NCBI GenBank assembly: GCA_963796275.1
Contig: CAWCKY010000006.1
Coordinates: forward strand, 1,792,001-1,856,000
DNA length: 64,000 nucleotides
Direction: 5' to 3'
From: an uncultured Acidobacteriota bacterium
Lineage (GTDB): Bacteria; Acidobacteriota; Blastocatellia; RBC074
Under the pieces are notes generated by a model. It did no database searches. It saw only the letters and a list, made by a program, of their open reading frames with translations, and was not told the DNA's origin. This document shows, piece by piece, positions 62,954 through 64,000 of the stretch (within the stretch, counting starts at the first letter, position 1; the number at the start of each line of letters is the position of its first letter). The translations under genes and the position numbers were made by a program.

Positions 62954-64000
62954 CTAAAAGCTGTATTTCACGGCCAATTGAAACTGGCGCGGAAAGTTAT
63001 TCTGCCGTTGTGTGCTCTTATTGATGGCCCCGAATTCGGCCGAGTTAACGTCGCGGTTATAGTTGATCCGATTAAACATCGGTGTGTTGAATAGATTGAA
63101 CGCTTCTATGCGCAGTTGCAGCGTATGTTTCTCGCGGATTCGCCAATTCTTGGCGAAGTTGACGTCGATCTGGGTGAATACGGGTCGGCGGAACCTGGCG
63201 TCGCGCAGCGGCGCGGTGTACGTCTCGTAGGCCTCCACGACTCTGAAATTGGCAGCCGTGCATCCGTAACTGATCGAACTCGGTGTCAAAATATATTTTC
63301 CGAAATTTGAGTTGCTCTGATTATTCTCACGCCGCTCCACACATGGCTTGAAGGCCAGCATATACTCTTCTCCATTGATCGTTCTCGCTCTCTCTGACTT
63401 CGAGAGTTCACCGCCTCCCAGATAGACTATGGGGAGATTGTCTTCGGGGTTGGGGAAGTCCCACGGGCGTCCCGATTCCCGGATAATAGCGCCGGCCATC
63501 TCCCATCCGCCGAAGACCGCGTTGAGCGCTCGGGGCATCCCTCTGAAAAACCGCTTGTCTCTTCCGACCGGCAGAAAAAAGATACCGGCGAGGGTGATCC
63601 TGTGCGGTCGATCTTCGCTCGCCAGCCCCCTGCTCTCGCCGCGAGTCAGCCGGTAATCCTCGGTGACCGTGCCCGGAACTCTCTCCATGGCCTTTGAGAA
63701 GGTATAACTCGCATTCAACGACAGGCCATTAGACAATCTTCTGTTGGCGACCACTTGCAGTGAGTTATACCAGGATCTGCCTTCGTTCCTCTCCGTCTCC
63801 GTGATCCTGTTGAAGTGGGGAAACGGCCTCATCAGAAGGTAGCGGTCGCGACTGGAATCGTTGAACAATCCGGTCCCCTCGAATCCCGACACGTTACGGA
63901 ACGGATTGGTCAGGTCCTGATCACAGTAATTGCGATCGCCGCCGCGCGTCACATCACACAAACTTCGAAGATCGGCGCTCGGCTCATTGATACCTCCATA
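62954..64000 (-). CDS. TonB-dependent receptor, C-terminal part (runs off window end)
   Basis: RPFPHF, SWYNSLQ, SYTFSK, EAFNLFNTP, RQFQLAVKYSF. Confidence 0.85.
   Translation of the reverse strand, partial: YGGINEPSADLRSLCDVTRGGDRNYCDQDLTNPFRNVSGFEGTGLFNDSSRDRYLLMRPFPHFNRITETERNEGRSWYNSLQVVANRRLSNGLSLNASYTFSKAMERVPGTVTEDYRLTRGESRGLASEDRPHRITLAGIFFLPVGRDKRFFRGMPRALNAVFGGWEMAGAIIRESGRPWDFPNPEDNLPIVYLGGGELSKSERARTINGEEYMLAFKPCVERRENNQSNSNFGKYILTPSSISYGCTAANFRVVEAYETYTAPLRDARFRRPVFTQIDVNFAKNWRIREKHTLQLRIEAFNLFNTPMFNRINYNRDVNSAEFGAINKSTQRQNNFPRQFQLAVKYSF

Overview
Bacterial window, most consistent with Acidobacteriota, probably Blastocatellia-like (PadR/ADOP permease, TIGR02999-type ECF sigma plus Ser/Thr kinase, several carboxypeptidase-regulatory-domain TonB receptors). 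It is an accessory mosaic. (1) 1-8.7 kb: regulatory genes and decayed remnants, including a degenerate attC-like site. (2) 8.7-29.7 kb: a large cluster of mostly exported enzymes (Tat-signal ThDP enzyme, hydrolases, two heme-c/PHM-like copper monooxygenases, PVA-dehydrogenase-like PQQ/heme protein, broken TonB receptor) with several deletion junctions. (3) 30-35.5 kb: an AT-richer DesABCD-type hydroxamate siderophore operon with a Fur-like box, bordered by IS3-like ends. (4) 37.9-40.7 kb, the best novelty candidate: a 54-aa peptide with an Asp-rich tail that is absent from the ORF track, followed by a JmjC oxygenase and a sucrase/ferredoxin-like Fe-S protein. Its sigma70-like promoter carries a box matching the siderophore Fur-like box at 14/15 positions, suggesting an iron-regulated RiPP-type (possibly metallophore) system. 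(5) 47.5-56.4 kb: a UvrA-paralog/ABC/VOC resistance-like gene run with a REP-like element. (6) 56.8-64 kb: a 1056-aa ECF sigma/anti-sigma fusion and two TonB receptors. I saw no rRNA, tRNA or CRISPR array. All calls come from motifs read by eye; no database searches were run.
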